Part shown: positions 7,507 to 16,325 of the stretch, piece after piece | Numbering within the stretch: the stretch's first letter is position 1 | Layout: each line of letters opens with the position of its first letter | DNA from: an uncultured Candidatus Saccharibacteria bacterium | GTDB taxonomy: Bacteria; Patescibacteriota; Doudnabacteria; UBA920 | DNA: 64,000 nucleotides | Assembly (NCBI GenBank): GCA_964532425.1 | Contig: CAZHIA010000005.1 | Span: forward strand, 2,772-66,771 | Direction: 5' to 3' | Notes under the pieces: model-generated | Told to the model about the DNA's origin: nothing | What the model saw: only the letters and a program-made list of their open reading frames with translations | Database searches by the model: none | Program-made: the position numbers and the translations under genes

Positions 7507-9249
7507 TTAGGATTCGTCGCCCATCTGCGCGTCGCTGACGGCTTGCCCCGGCACCTCTAAAGGTGCCTGGGTCTGCCGGTCCTCTCGTGCCGCAAGTTGC
7601 ATCCTGCTAATCTCCCGAACTTGGCTTGCGCCGCCTTCGAGCATCAACGGAATGTACTTAACGACCGAGTCGCTCCATCCGTAGATGAAGTGAACGCCCG
7701 GTTCGCCGAACGGTGCAACAGCCGCTTTGTACGGCGCGATGGTCACCAGGAACGCTTGCGCGTCCTGGTTCACTTCGCGCTTGTACTGGCGCCATTGATC
7801 GAGGAATGAACCAGAGCAATCGTAATCGCTCTGGCCATACGCCCAATCAACGTTGTCGGTGATGCCGATGAACGCATCCACGCGAACCTTACGTTCGCGC
7901 AAATACTGGATCGGCGCCCCGACAGCCGTGCTGCCACCGCAGTACCCAGCAAGTCGTTGCGTGACGGACATAATGTCGTCACGCTTCGACAGGCCATGGT
8001 CCGGGTGAACCCATCCGTCGAACGGGAGCAGGACAGCCCGATTCTCGATGCGCCGCAATAGTGCGCCGGAAAGGATACCACAGATATCGATGTAACGCGC
8101 AGTCCCCTTTTGGGAGACCCGCGAACTCATCGAGCCCGAGACATCAGATCCGATCGCAACCGTGCGGCTGCCGAAAGACGGCATGCAGGCAAAGGAAAGG
8201 TTCAGCGCTTCGCGGAGAGCATCCGCAATGCGGCTGTCCGGTTCCCAGTTGCCCGCGTGCACAGGTAGCTCGTCGTCAAACAGGGAATCAAATTCATTCC
8301 CTGCGCCGGACGAGTACTTCTTCCAGGCATCGAAAAACCGGAACGGCAGAACCTTCGAACGCTCGACCGCCTGAGGTGAGGTGAGCTTTTCCACCGCCAC
8401 CGCTACACTCTTCTCGTCCGCGAATACTCCATGGCGCGTAAACGCCGCGAGCATGCGCAGGAGATTCATGTACGGGGCTTGGCGAAGCAGCTCTTCCCAG
8501 ATCCTCAACGTCATCCGCTTCATTGCGGGAGCGACGACTTCGTACGGCAACCGGCCATCCTGAATCAGGGTGGCGGCTTCGTACTCAGTTGTCGCCCGCT
8601 TTAAAGCTTCGAACGCGCGGATCTGCGGGTTCAGTGCGGGATCGCTCCCGAGCGCATTCCCCCTTCGTACCAGCCAGTCGAGACGCTCGGCGACCGCGGC
8701 CGTTGCAGGGCGCGGGTGGGTCATGCGAATGAGATCGCGGAGTACGATGCCCTTGGACCGCTTGGATCCGTACTTCAGGGCATGGTATTCCGAGATGTTC
8801 GCAAGCCACCGTGCCACCGCTTTGGCAGCGTAACCGCCGAGGCCACGTTTGCCGGGGATCTGGCCCGAGATCAGGAAAGTTGAAAACTTTCGCAGATCGT
8901 CAGGAAGCAGAACCACGCGGTCGAACGCAGCTTCGAAAGCCTCGCGGGTTTTCCCGCGGCCGGCTGCGAGCAAGGCCAGCGCCTTGACGTTCTGATCCTT
9001 AATGAGCCCCTTGGTGCGGCCGTAGACAACGGCCTTGGCCAGGAACTCCGGATCAGTGTCGCGCGCTCCGATGATCGTCTCCTGCCACTGTTCGTCGAGT
9101 TGACGCTTGGTGGCATAGAACGTATCACCGAAGACACCGACTGTCAGGAGCTGAACTACGCGCTCGCGCAGCGATCGGTTGTAGGCGGGCGCCCCCTCGT
9201 GGTTCACAAGGGACGCCTGGACATTGGCGAGAGTCGAAGTCTGTGTCAT
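7507..9249 (-). CDS. rsr: TROVE-domain / vWA RNA-binding protein (Ro60/Rsr homologue)
   Basis: N-terminal NHEGAPAY and 'DTFYAT', helical TROVE body (LRDLIRMTHPRP, PYMNLLRML, VLPFRFFDAW), vWA MIDAS DVSGSM...GGST...ITDN; AAGGAG SD. Confidence 0.92.
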   Translation of the reverse strand: MTQTSTLANVQASLVNHEGAPAYNRSLRERVVQLLTVGVFGDTFYATKRQLDEQWQETIIGARDTDPEFLAKAVVYGRTKGLIKDQNVKALALLAAGRGKTREAFEAAFDRVVLLPDDLRKFSTFLISGQIPGKRGLGGYAAKAVARWLANISEYHALKYGSKRSKGIVLRDLIRMTHPRPATAAVAERLDWLVRRGNALGSDPALNPQIRAFEALKRATTEYEAATLIQDGRLPYEVVAPAMKRMTLRIWEELLRQAPYMNLLRMLAAFTRHGVFADEKSVAVAVEKLTSPQAVERSKVLPFRFFDAWKKYSSGAGNEFDSLFDDELPVHAGNWEPDSRIADALREALNLSFACMPSFGSRTVAIGSDVSGSMSSRVSQKGTARYIDICGILSGALLRRIENRAVLLPFDGWVHPDHGLSKRDDIMSVTQRLAGYCGGSTAVGAPIQYLRERKVRVDAFIGITDNVDWAYGQSDYDCSGSFLDQWRQYKREVNQDAQAFLVTIAPYKAAVAPFGEPGVHFIYGWSDSVVKYIPLMLEGGASQVREISRMQLAAREDRQTQAPLEVPGQAVSDAQMGDES

Positions 9250-9345
9250 CTGAAATCTCCTTTTCTCGATGGGATGTCCGAAGCGCCTTGGGCGCTTGGT
9301 CTTCTTGCGGGAAGAGTTTTGTCCAAAATGATAGCGATGTTATAC

Positions 9346-9456
9346 GGCGTCATGCTGAGCCTGCCTGCCGGCAGGCAGGTGCATCCGAAGCATCTCTCTT
9401 ACAAGCGAAGAGATTCTTCGATCGTCCGCTGAAGCGGACTTCCTCAGAATGACGCC
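9346..9456. repeat. GGCGTCATGCTGAG...CTCAGAATGACGCC palindromic element with nested CCTGCCTGCCGGCAGGCAGG
   Basis: Terminal inverted repeats; sister element at 43034-43126. Confidence 0.75.
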
Positions 9457-9519
9457 TGTATCGTAAACATGTTTTTTAGACAAAACTCTTCCCGCAATAT
9501 TTCAAAGTGCAAAAGGCTA

Positions 9520-10275
9520 ATAAAAACAGGTATCGCAAAAATGCGTATACCCGATTTACTTTCCTTTACCAGAATCGCTACCTGTATACCGATCCTGATA
9601 AAGGAGGGGTGGCTTTTCGGGCCACCCCACAGGTGTCGCCCCCGATCTTCGGGCAGCGAGTTCCCATGGTTCCTCCTTTTAGGCATGATTGTCTCGAAGT
9701 ACCCCCAACGAGCAGTCCTCCCCCCCGATTTGCACCGGGGATCAATGGACATATTTGCACAAGGCTTGTATTCGTCAATTGGATTGAAGTAGCCTCGTGG
9801 TGTATTCCTCCTCCCGCTTTACTGTTACGGGGATCAACGGATATTGTGCTAGGGGTGGTGTAGCTGTTTGCGGCGGGCCGGACCTCGTAGGCACTTTCCG
9901 GGCGCGTTTCGCCCGGCTCCCCGTCTGGTCCGCAAGGCCGCCCCGCTCTTTCACGAGAGGGACGGCAGACGATGTATTTGTCGAAGTATCCTCGCTTTGC
10001 TGTTCTCGTCCTTCGGTTTCTCTCGAGCTCTCATTCCATCCTCAGAACTTGCCAGCCGCTGCTGGACAAGCCGCCTTAAGATGATTTGATCTCGAAAGAA
10101 ACGGGTGAAGGAGTCAACGAACGAATTCGCAAGGAGTAAAGGCTTCGAGAAATATCCCGCCGCTTTTGCCCCAGGGATTTCAGGTCGGGCCGGATCATCC
10201 GGCTTGCCCTGCCCTGGTTTTACCTGCTCTCGATGAACAGGCGGCTCAGCTCCCTTTCGGGAAAGCTTTTGGGGC
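9520..10275 (-). ncRNA. candidate large Ro-associated (Y-like) RNA or RNA cluster with three k-turn modules
   Basis: Dense pairing, repeated module with covarying stems, same strand as and upstream of the TROVE gene; boundaries approximate. Confidence 0.7.
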
Positions 10276-10286
10276 ATGTTTTGATT

Positions 10287-10391
10287 GTCATTGCGAATCC
10301 AGAAATTTTTAAGCAATAAAATTTCAGGATGAAGCAATCTAAACACCTCAGAGTTGAAGATTGCTTCGTCGGATGCACTCCTCGCAATGAC
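10287..10391. repeat. GTCATTGCGA...TCGCAATGAC palindromic element
   Basis: Terminal inverted repeats; relative of 5031-5132. Confidence 0.8.
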
Positions 10392-10444
10392 AAAATGTAA
10401 CGTGAACCAAAAGCTTTCCCGAATAATATAGATAGATTGATAAA

Positions 10445-10760
10445 GATCTTTTTGTTTATTCCTCCCTAAGGCCTACCATAATCGGGTTAATGGCAGGCTT
10501 TGGGCAAGAATAAATGGGCATAATAAAACCGGGATACGGTAATCCTGTTCAGCAATTTGGATTGTCCGTGGTCCCGATTTATAGTTAGCATCTTTTCCAG
10601 TCGCCTGAAGCAGGTAAGGACTCTGGGCTCGCCCCGTTCCCGCCTCTGGCGGGTGCAATAATGCAATAATTGGACGGCTTAACTTTCCTCGGGCTTCAGG
10701 CTGACCGGAACGTGATGTTAATGAATTTTGACAAAGTGCTTTTTGTTTAATTTCAGCTTG
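10445..10760 (-). ncRNA. candidate promoter-proximal structured RNA
   Basis: UUCCGGUC-AGCCUGAAGC/GCUUCAGGC-GACUGGAA long stem plus two further long hairpins, directly after a promoter. Confidence 0.5.
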
Positions 10761-10767
10761 CTCGGGT

Positions 10768-10796
10768 ATGCTAGCAGAAAAATAGAGAGTTGTCAA
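10768..10796 (-). promoter_or_regulatory. sigma70 promoter facing the ncRNA-TROVE unit
   Basis: TTGACA-N17-TAGCAT with extended -10 TG. Confidence 0.65.
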
Positions 10797-10995
10797 GAGG
10801 TTTTAACAAAAAATTTCCAAAATATAGAAATACCCAATAAACAAGCATAAATTATGACATATATTGTGTTGAAAATAGATATCAAAATGTATGTATTTAA
10901 AGATTTAATGATTGAAAATTTAAAGATTGAGCACTTTCCTTCAACTGCGATTTTAAACCTAATAATCTCAATTTTAAAATATTTGTTAATAGGTA

Positions 10996-11024
10996 TTGAC
11001 AAAATATTGAATCTATGCTAATAT
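10996..11024 (+). promoter_or_regulatory. divergent sigma70 promoter
   Basis: TTGACA-N17-TAATAT with extended -10 TG. Confidence 0.7.
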
Positions 11025-11030
11025 TTGTTC

Positions 11031-11520
11031 AGCTCAGTAAAGCCGGAAATTAGCAGTCTCCGGCCTCGGAAACTCAGATTGCGGTTGAATTCGACGGCAC
11101 AGGAGGTGCTCTTTATGGGTTCTTAAAAGCGGGACGGCCCCGCATCCATCCTTCGCGTTCGATTCGTCGGGCGCGGGGCCGGGATCCCCTTTTAAACCTA
11201 TAGAAGCGCCTAAATCAATAAGGAGGTAGAAATATGGGCGGGTTATGAACAACACCGCGTTGGGTTGGTTTATTTTAAAGAGTGTTTGCTGGGGAAATGC
11301 CACCATGGAACGGCTACACACTCCCAGGCGATTACTCGAGAAGTGAACCCAGGAAAGGGTCAGAATGTATATTCGTCGATTTTTTGACCGACTTAGTCGG
11401 TTAGCGAAGAGTACGTAGCCACCCGAAGGGTGGCCATTAACCAATCCACTGATTGTCCGCATGAGAGTCCGGCCGGAAACGCACAAGCATAGCTGCAATT
11501 CCCCCGGACTCTTCTCATAT
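11031..11520 (+). ncRNA. candidate structured RNA of about 490 nt
   Basis: GC-rich block in AT-rich flanks starting right after the promoter; rod of about 105 nt at 11103-11210; GCCACCC-GAA-GGGTGGC; terminal GAGAGTCCGG/CCGGACTCTT stem. Confidence 0.55.
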
Positions 11521-11599
11521 ATATTGCTTTGGTGTACTATTTTAGTATAATAGCTTGCGATTGGTATTTTGTAACAGCCGCATTAGGGTGTGGGTCTAT

Positions 11600-11736
11600 G
11601 AAATTCTAAATCTTAATTACGAAATTCTAAACAAATCACAAATCCCAAATTAGAAAATCTCAAACGGAGAGGTTTGGAATTTGAGTTTTGTAATTTGAAA
11701 TTTGTTTAGAATTTAGGATTTCGATATTCGAATTTT
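11600..11736. repeat. degenerate 7-mer tandem repeats in inverted arrangement
   Basis: AAATTCT/AAATCCC-like units mirrored by TTTGGAA/TTTAGAA units. Confidence 0.65.
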
Positions 11737-11810
11737 CTGACAATATTTTTTGAACATTAAATATTTCCGCGTTTGATCAGCGTTGCTATCGCGTCTGATC
11801 CGCGATCCAT

Positions 11811-12590
11811 ATGAACTTACTTCAAGAACTGCAAAATATTGGCCTAAGTGACAAGGAGGCCAAGGTTTACCTCGCCAATCTGGAGTTGGGCCAGTCTTCG
11901 GTTCAGAATATTGCCAAGAAGGCAGGAGTCAACCGGGCGACCACGTATGTCATTCTGAACTCGCTGATCAAGAAAGGTTTATGCAGTACCTTTGAACAGG
12001 ACAAGAAAACATTGTATGTCGCTTCGGATCCAAATCTGCTTGAAGGCGTTTTTGAAGTCCAAAAAAAGGAGCTGGAAGAGAAGCAAAGATATTTCCAGAC
12101 CATTGTTCCCCAGCTGAACCTCATTAACAACCGCCAGACCGACAAGCCCAAAGTAAAATTTTTTGAAGGCAAACAAGGGTTGATTAACTGCTTCATAGAG
12201 TTTACGGGCTACAATGGGGGTAAAGATGATTATTTCCGGTTGGCATTCCATCGTGATCGTTTAGAAAAGATTTTTACACCCGAAGAGAATGCGCGTTTTC
12301 GCGAAATGAGAAAGAAGAACCAGGGCAGCAGCAAAAGCAAAGTTTTATACAATAGCAAAGTACCAATTTCAGACACCACTGATGCCTTGCGCATACGACT
12401 GGATGAAGATAAATTCCCCCTGCCATGCGACATTGGAGTATTTGGAGATAATATCCGCATCCTCTCCGAAAGCAAGGAACTTTCCGGTATCCTTATTGTT
12501 GACCATGATATTGCCACCACCCTCCGTTCCCTCTTTGAGCTAGCCTGGGAAGCGGCTGAAGCCCGGGCGAAAAAATCCAAAGCAAGTTAA
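11811..12590 (+). CDS. TrmB-family transcriptional regulator
   Basis: GLSDKEAKVYLANLELG...IAKKAGVNRATTYVILNSLIKKGL HTH; PKVKFFEGKQG; LFELAWE. Confidence 0.9.
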   Translation: MNLLQELQNIGLSDKEAKVYLANLELGQSSVQNIAKKAGVNRATTYVILNSLIKKGLCSTFEQDKKTLYVASDPNLLEGVFEVQKKELEEKQRYFQTIVPQLNLINNRQTDKPKVKFFEGKQGLINCFIEFTGYNGGKDDYFRLAFHRDRLEKIFTPEENARFREMRKKNQGSSKSKVLYNSKVPISDTTDALRIRLDEDKFPLPCDIGVFGDNIRILSESKELSGILIVDHDIATTLRSLFELAWEAAEARAKKSKAS

Positions 12591-12877
12591 ATGCATTTAA
12601 AAACCACCCCGATCTCTGGAACAGAGGCGGGGTGGTTTTCTTTCCTTTTCCCGATATACCAATCAGCAATTGATATTTCAAGAGGAGGAAGGAAGACTGC
12701 TTCCTTTCACGAATTGGCGACGGATCGCCCTGCATAAAATAGCGGTTCCTCCTTACTACATTCACATACTGTCTCACGACAGTTATCCATAATATAAAAT
12801 AACACTGTACGCTTTGTTGCCTGGATCTCGAAGGATCTCGTGCAATATATTTCAGCGTAGCCGCTGGCGTTTACCGT

Positions 12878-12976
12878 TTACTGGTTCTTTTTGGCTTTCA
12901 TAGCCTCAAGAGCTGCCTTGCGGCTAAAGTAAACGATTCCGTCAACGACGTAGTACGTATCAGCTGTGTTATTCAT
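12878..12976 (-). CDS. possible 32-aa small protein
   Basis: MNNTADTYYVVDGIVYFSRKAALEAMKAKKNQ; TTGACC-N17-TAGGTT upstream. Confidence 0.4.
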   Translation of the reverse strand: MNNTADTYYVVDGIVYFSRKAALEAMKAKKNQ

Positions 12977-13127
12977 ATTATGAAGGTGCTTGCGTGGCAC
13001 CGTTTGGATTTGCCCGCAGGCGCGGTGCCTTATGTAACCTACCACATCATTGCTGTTCCGGTCAACCTGCAGCCTTGTAAAATGTCGATAAAAATGATAT
13101 ATTTCACTGAGTTATAGTACAAACTTT

Positions 13128-14198
13128 ATGGAACCAGCCTTACAGAAAATTTTAGACGAATATCATCAAATCACGGAACAAATGTCATCCGGGAACGGTT
13201 TTGACTTGGCTCGCCTCGGCAAGCGCCAGTCCGAACTTTTGCCGACCGTGGAAAAAATTCAGGACCTGGCCGCCAAAGAAGCTGAAAAAGCCGATAATGA
13301 AAAATTACTGGATGACGCAGATTCGGAAATCAAATCCATGGCTTTGGACGAGATAAAACGGCTGGAGTCAGAAATCTTGAATTTGCAATCGGAAATCGAA
13401 AACGATTTGATTCCCCGCGACCAGGACGATGACAAGGATGCCATATTGGAAATTCGCGCCGGAGCAGGCGGGGACGAATCCACGCTGTTCGCCGCGGAAA
13501 TGTTTCGCGCCTATGGAAAATTTGCCGAAGAGAACGGTTGGAAGCTGCATATTGTCTCCTCGTCAAAATCCGATGCCGGGGGCTTTAAGGAAGTCATTGC
13601 CGAAATTCATGGACGCCCCAGCCAGCAAGCCGGTCCATATTCTAAATTTAAATACGAGAGCGGAGTGCATCGTGTACAGCGGGTACCGGACACGGAAAAA
13701 GCCGGCCGTGTGCATACGTCTACCATTACGGTGGCAGTTTTGCCGATATTGGAAGAAAAAGATTATTCCATCGCGGAAAAAGATTTGAAAATAGAAGCCA
13801 CGACTTCCAGCGGCCATGGCGGGCAGTCGGTAAACACAACGTACTCGGCCATAAGAATTCTGCACATTCCCACCGGCATCACCGCGCAGTGCCAGGATGA
13901 GCGCAGCCAGGCACAAAATCGGGAGAAGGCCATGGCCGTAATCCGCGCTCGCGTCGCAGCGCATTACCGCGAAATAGAGGAAAAGAAAGTCCGTGACCTC
14001 ACAAAATCCCAAATCGGCACCGGTGACCGCAGCGAAAAGATCCGCACATACAACTTCCCGCAGGACCGCGTGACTGACCATCGCATTAACCAGAACTTCA
14101 ACCAGATCAATCTCATCATGGAAGGAAAGCTGGAAGACATTACCTCTTCTCTGCAAAAAGCGGACCTGGCAGCCAAGAAGGAAGCGTTAAAAAAATGA
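13128..14198 (+). CDS. prfA: peptide chain release factor 1
   Basis: GVHRVQRVPDT (PxT), GHGGQSVNTT, GDRSEKIRTYNFPQ. Confidence 0.97.
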   Translation: MEPALQKILDEYHQITEQMSSGNGFDLARLGKRQSELLPTVEKIQDLAAKEAEKADNEKLLDDADSEIKSMALDEIKRLESEILNLQSEIENDLIPRDQDDDKDAILEIRAGAGGDESTLFAAEMFRAYGKFAEENGWKLHIVSSSKSDAGGFKEVIAEIHGRPSQQAGPYSKFKYESGVHRVQRVPDTEKAGRVHTSTITVAVLPILEEKDYSIAEKDLKIEATTSSGHGGQSVNTTYSAIRILHIPTGITAQCQDERSQAQNREKAMAVIRARVAAHYREIEEKKVRDLTKSQIGTGDRSEKIRTYNFPQDRVTDHRINQNFNQINLIMEGKLEDITSSLQKADLAAKKEALKK

Positions 14199-14224
14199 TC
14201 AATATTAAATAAGATCGAACGAGA

Positions 14225-15112
14225 TTGACGATTCGGGAAGCTATCACAAAATTTAGACAAGTTGAAATAGAACTCCTTTTGGAACATGTGCTCAATAAAC
14301 CGAAGGAGTTTTTGTTCATGTATCCGAACCATCGATTGACCGGGATTCAAAGTAACAGGTTAGCGCTGATGGTTGCCAGACGTATGAACGGAGAACCGAT
14401 CGCATACATTCTCGGGTACAAAGATTTTTGCGGTTTGCGGTTTAAGGTCAACAAACATGTGTTAATCCCCCGCCCGGAGACGGAGTGGCTGGTGGATCGA
14501 ATCGCGAACGATGTAGTTACCAAGGGAGGGTCTCGACCCTCCCCTACAAAGGCAGTGACGCCCGTCACTATTCTCGATCTTGGTACCGGCTCAGGCTGTA
14601 TTGCTATTATGCTGGCACATAAGCTTGCAGACAGTAGAATTACTTTTGATATCACTGCGTCCGATATCTCCCCTGCCGCCCTGACAGTAGCCCGCTCCAA
14701 TGCAAAAACCATACTTGGAAAAAAGTCCAATAGTCTAAACTATCAGACTATTCGCTTTGTGCGATCTGACTTATTTATAAGAGTCAACGGAATATTTGAC
14801 GTCATTGTTGCAAATTTGCCTTATGTGCCCCGGAAGATCTATCAGAAATTACATCAGAATTTAAAATTCGAGCCAAAAAGCGCGCTCATTGACCCCAAAC
14901 AGGATTTTGGTATATATGAAAGATTTTTGGCACAAGTACCGGAACATGTCCATGACGGGTCAATGATCTATTTGGAAATTGACCCTTTGGCGCGCAAGGT
15001 TATCTCTCAAGCCGTAAAAGAATACCTACCCGGATGGAAAGTAAAGTATTTTAAAGATTTTCGGGGGTTGTGGAGGTATGGAGTGATTTCGCAGAGTGGT
15101 GGTTATTATTAG
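14225..15112 (+). CDS. prmC: release factor glutamine methyltransferase
   Basis: LIPRPETE, DLGTGSG, ANLPY; follows prfA. Confidence 0.93.
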   Translation: MTIREAITKFRQVEIELLLEHVLNKPKEFLFMYPNHRLTGIQSNRLALMVARRMNGEPIAYILGYKDFCGLRFKVNKHVLIPRPETEWLVDRIANDVVTKGGSRPSPTKAVTPVTILDLGTGSGCIAIMLAHKLADSRITFDITASDISPAALTVARSNAKTILGKKSNSLNYQTIRFVRSDLFIRVNGIFDVIVANLPYVPRKIYQKLHQNLKFEPKSALIDPKQDFGIYERFLAQVPEHVHDGSMIYLEIDPLARKVISQAVKEYLPGWKVKYFKDFRGLWRYGVISQSGGYY

Positions 15113-15321
15113 AGAATTTTATAATAACAATTGACATGTAACCACTGACCTTTGACCGGCTGCAGTGTAGAAGTTAAATGTTAAATGTCAAAGGTTAATG
15201 GTTTTTCCAGTTCTCATCCTCGATGGTGACCATTAAATCACCATCAGGCTACTGAGAGCAATAGAGTTTTCATTAAAACTCTTTTCCTGTATACTAAAGC
15301 CATAAATAATCTTCGTTTTGT

Positions 15322-16047
15322 ATGGAAATGATCTCGTTTGCCCTTGCTACGTTTTTTTCCACACTATTCGGCGGGTTGCTCGCTGTACGTTTCAAGAATA
15401 AGCTCCATTTGATCATGGGCTTCACTGCCGGTGTCTTGCTTGGCGTGGTGGCATTCGAGATCTTCCCGGAAATTATCCAGCGGGTAGCTGAAGGCAGCTC
15501 CAAGCCAATCGAACCGATGATAGCATTGGTTGTCGGATTTCTCCTTTTCCATATTTTTGAAAAATCCATCGTCATCCACCATGCGCATGAAGGCGACTAT
15601 GCCGACCACAAGCATCCGCATGTGGGTATGCTGGCGGCGATTGCTCTGGCAGCACACAGCTTTATGGACGGTGTCGGTATTGGTCTGGGCTTCCAAGTCA
15701 ATCCCGCGGTTGGACTTCTGGTAGCCGTAGCCGTAATCTCTCATGATTTTACCGACGGTATGAACACGGTGGCTTTGATGCTTAGCCATAACAACACGCC
15801 GCGTCGGTCCAAGCTGTTCCTGGTGTTGGATGCGATAACTCCCCTTTTGGGCGCAATTTCAACATTGTTCTTTACGGTCTCTCCCCATTTTCTCATCTGG
15901 TATTTGGGGTTCTTTGCAGGCTTCCTCCTATACATTGGCGTTAGCGACATCCTTCCCGAAGCTCATAGTAAGCACAGCTCGATCAAATTGATCGGACTAA
16001 CCGTACTGGGAACGTTATTGATTTTCTTGATCTCGCGCGCAGCATAA
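15322..16047 (+). CDS. ZIP-family metal transporter
   Basis: Multi-TM, His-rich loop HHAHEGDYADHKH, HSFMDG and HDFTDG, LPEAH. Confidence 0.9.
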   Translation: MEMISFALATFFSTLFGGLLAVRFKNKLHLIMGFTAGVLLGVVAFEIFPEIIQRVAEGSSKPIEPMIALVVGFLLFHIFEKSIVIHHAHEGDYADHKHPHVGMLAAIALAAHSFMDGVGIGLGFQVNPAVGLLVAVAVISHDFTDGMNTVALMLSHNNTPRRSKLFLVLDAITPLLGAISTLFFTVSPHFLIWYLGFFAGFLLYIGVSDILPEAHSKHSSIKLIGLTVLGTLLIFLISRAA

Positions 16048-16143
16048 GTATATTTGATCAGACGTTATAGCCACTATCGAGAACCGGGTAAATATTTGAC
16101 CTTTGGCCCGTCTCGCCTGGCGAGCCGAGGTGGACCTTTGACT

Positions 16144-16275
16144 GTAGTGCAGGCCCGTGGCCTGCAATAATGACGATTGTAATAGTGAATAAAAAACAGC
16201 CTCCGAAAGTTCGGAGGCTGTTGTGTTTATAGAACGACCCTGTACATCATGAGGCAGGCCACGGGCCTGCACTAC
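16144..16275. repeat. REP pair GTAGTGCAGGCCCGTGGCCTGC enclosing a bidirectional terminator
   Basis: Inverted copies at 16144 and 16254-16275; hairpin AACAGCCTCCGAA/TTCGGAGGCTGTT between convergent genes. Confidence 0.8.
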
Positions 16276-16325
16276 AATCTTGCGATCATAAATAAAGCCG
16301 GACACGTTCGTGTCCGGCTTCGCTG

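Noticed and set aside
9721-9740. tRNA T-arm (minus strand GGUGCAAAUC)
   Set aside because: No acceptor, D or anticodon arms; it is the loop of a k-turn arm.
9695-10000. CRISPR array (recurring GAAGTA units)
   Set aside because: Only 2-3 diverged units, no constant repeat/spacer pattern, no cas genes; better explained by RNA structure.
10015-10048. Hammerhead ribozyme (CUGAGGA...GAAAC on the minus strand)
   Set aside because: Stem II cannot close properly, and these bases are used in a long rod.
11140-11190. tmRNA or tRNA gene
   Set aside because: GTTCGATTC is not in a 5-bp T-stem followed by an acceptor strand or CCA.
9444-11498. Assorted 66-154 aa ORFs in the TROVE upstream region
   Set aside because: Mutually overlapping, mostly alternative starts without SD, crossing repeats and promoters.
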